Below are positions 63,165-64,000 of a stretch of 64,000 nucleotides of DNA, in pieces (the stretch's first letter is position 1; each line of letters starts with the position of its first letter). A program made the position numbers and the translations under genes. The stretch comes from Octopus sinensis (taxonomy: Eukaryota): the NCBI RefSeq assembly GCF_006345805.1, contig NC_042997.1:150598001-150662000 (forward strand), written 5' to 3'. The notes under the pieces were generated by a model. The model searched no databases. It saw only the letters and a program-made list of their open reading frames with translations, and was not told the DNA's origin.

Positions 63165-63830
63165 GCTGTTGGCATTACTGCCAACGAAACTTCTCCAAAC
63201 ATCCGTATCGATTGCCTTCTTCCTGGCTTCAATCGGGCTAACCGAAATTACTATCATATTGTCTCAGAAAGTACTGCACTTGGTCTTCCTTGATCTCCAG
63301 CACGGTCTTTTCTATTCAACACCATCATGATGGTAGCATGTTCTTCCTGAGGCATTTGATGCGCATGGCCAGTAAACCATAACCGCTGCTTAGTCACCGT
63401 GTACTGCGAACGTCCCATGCCACCTCTTTACATCATCTCTTTGTTTCACAAACTTCGTTTCACATTTTTCCCAAGATTGAACGTAGGCAGCGTCCAGGAA
63501 TTGAGAAATATTTTGATTGTTCTTCCAGGTTTAAGAGACGTAAATGTTGTTGGTATAACAATAGATATGTATAGAGGTAGTTACCTTAATTTCATAATAA
63601 TTTTCTTCGGTCTCCGTATTGGACGAAAGCAGTGGAATACTGATGTTGCTTTACCTGTTCTGGTGTTGACTTCAAAACCTGCATCACAGTTTTGAAAATA
63701 CTGCTTCTGATACCTTTAATCTTATTAACGCAGTTCATTGCATCCCAGGATTGATAATTTGTACATAGGCTCCACTAATTGGAATGGCTTCGGCCTTTTC
63801 AACACAAATCAGTAGACGTACTCTCACTTA
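63165..63830 (-). mobile_element. Internally deleted, decayed RTE-clade LINE relic
   Basis: SILGCNELR (endonuclease ILG.SE.RW) near 63745; VTKQRLWFTGHAHQMPQEEHATIMMV...QGRP (RTE RT C-terminus) near 63300-63400. Confidence 0.65.
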
Positions 63831-64000
63831 TAAACTGTGTGAGCATTCTGTTATTGCCTGCTCTGCATGGGTTAGTAAAGCCAAGTCGACTGCGAAATAA
63901 AATCATTCAATTTGCCCCGTCCCAGTCCCCACATTAATCCCAAACTGAAATTTTCTGTAGCTGCTACATCAGGAACAGAAACAGCTACAAGGTGCAACCC

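Overview
AT-rich, microsatellite-dense eukaryotic genomic DNA, most likely Octopus (inferred from the tRNA-derived SINE families and the TA/TAGA/CA repeat load). I found no intact host gene. Main contents: (1) a full-length 5.4-kb Tx1/L1-clade LINE (15009-20452, minus) with a 10-bp TSD, inserted into the tRNA-like head of a SINE; its 3' end is shared with a second SINE family that forms nested head-to-tail arrays, suggesting a LINE-SINE partnership that uses older SINE heads as landing sites; (2) a 5'-truncated Penelope-like element (RT C-terminus plus GIY-YIG) whose 3' pLTR carries five CCAAT+CRE modules, TATA, Inr, a Kozak ATG, a splice donor and a hammerhead with a compensatory U3-A8 core; (3) at least nine further minimal type I hammerhead ribozymes from several families, mostly in fold-back pLTR fragments inserted into (TA)n; (4) relics of Gypsy, mariner, RTE, CR1-like and another PLE; (5) probable colinear remains of a sacsin-like pseudogene on the minus strand (about 22.5-59.9 kb); (6) two near-identical tandem duplications with junctions in (TA)n. 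Nearly all short ORFs in the supplied track are microsatellite artefacts. Family assignments rest on motif recognition by eye; no database searches were run.
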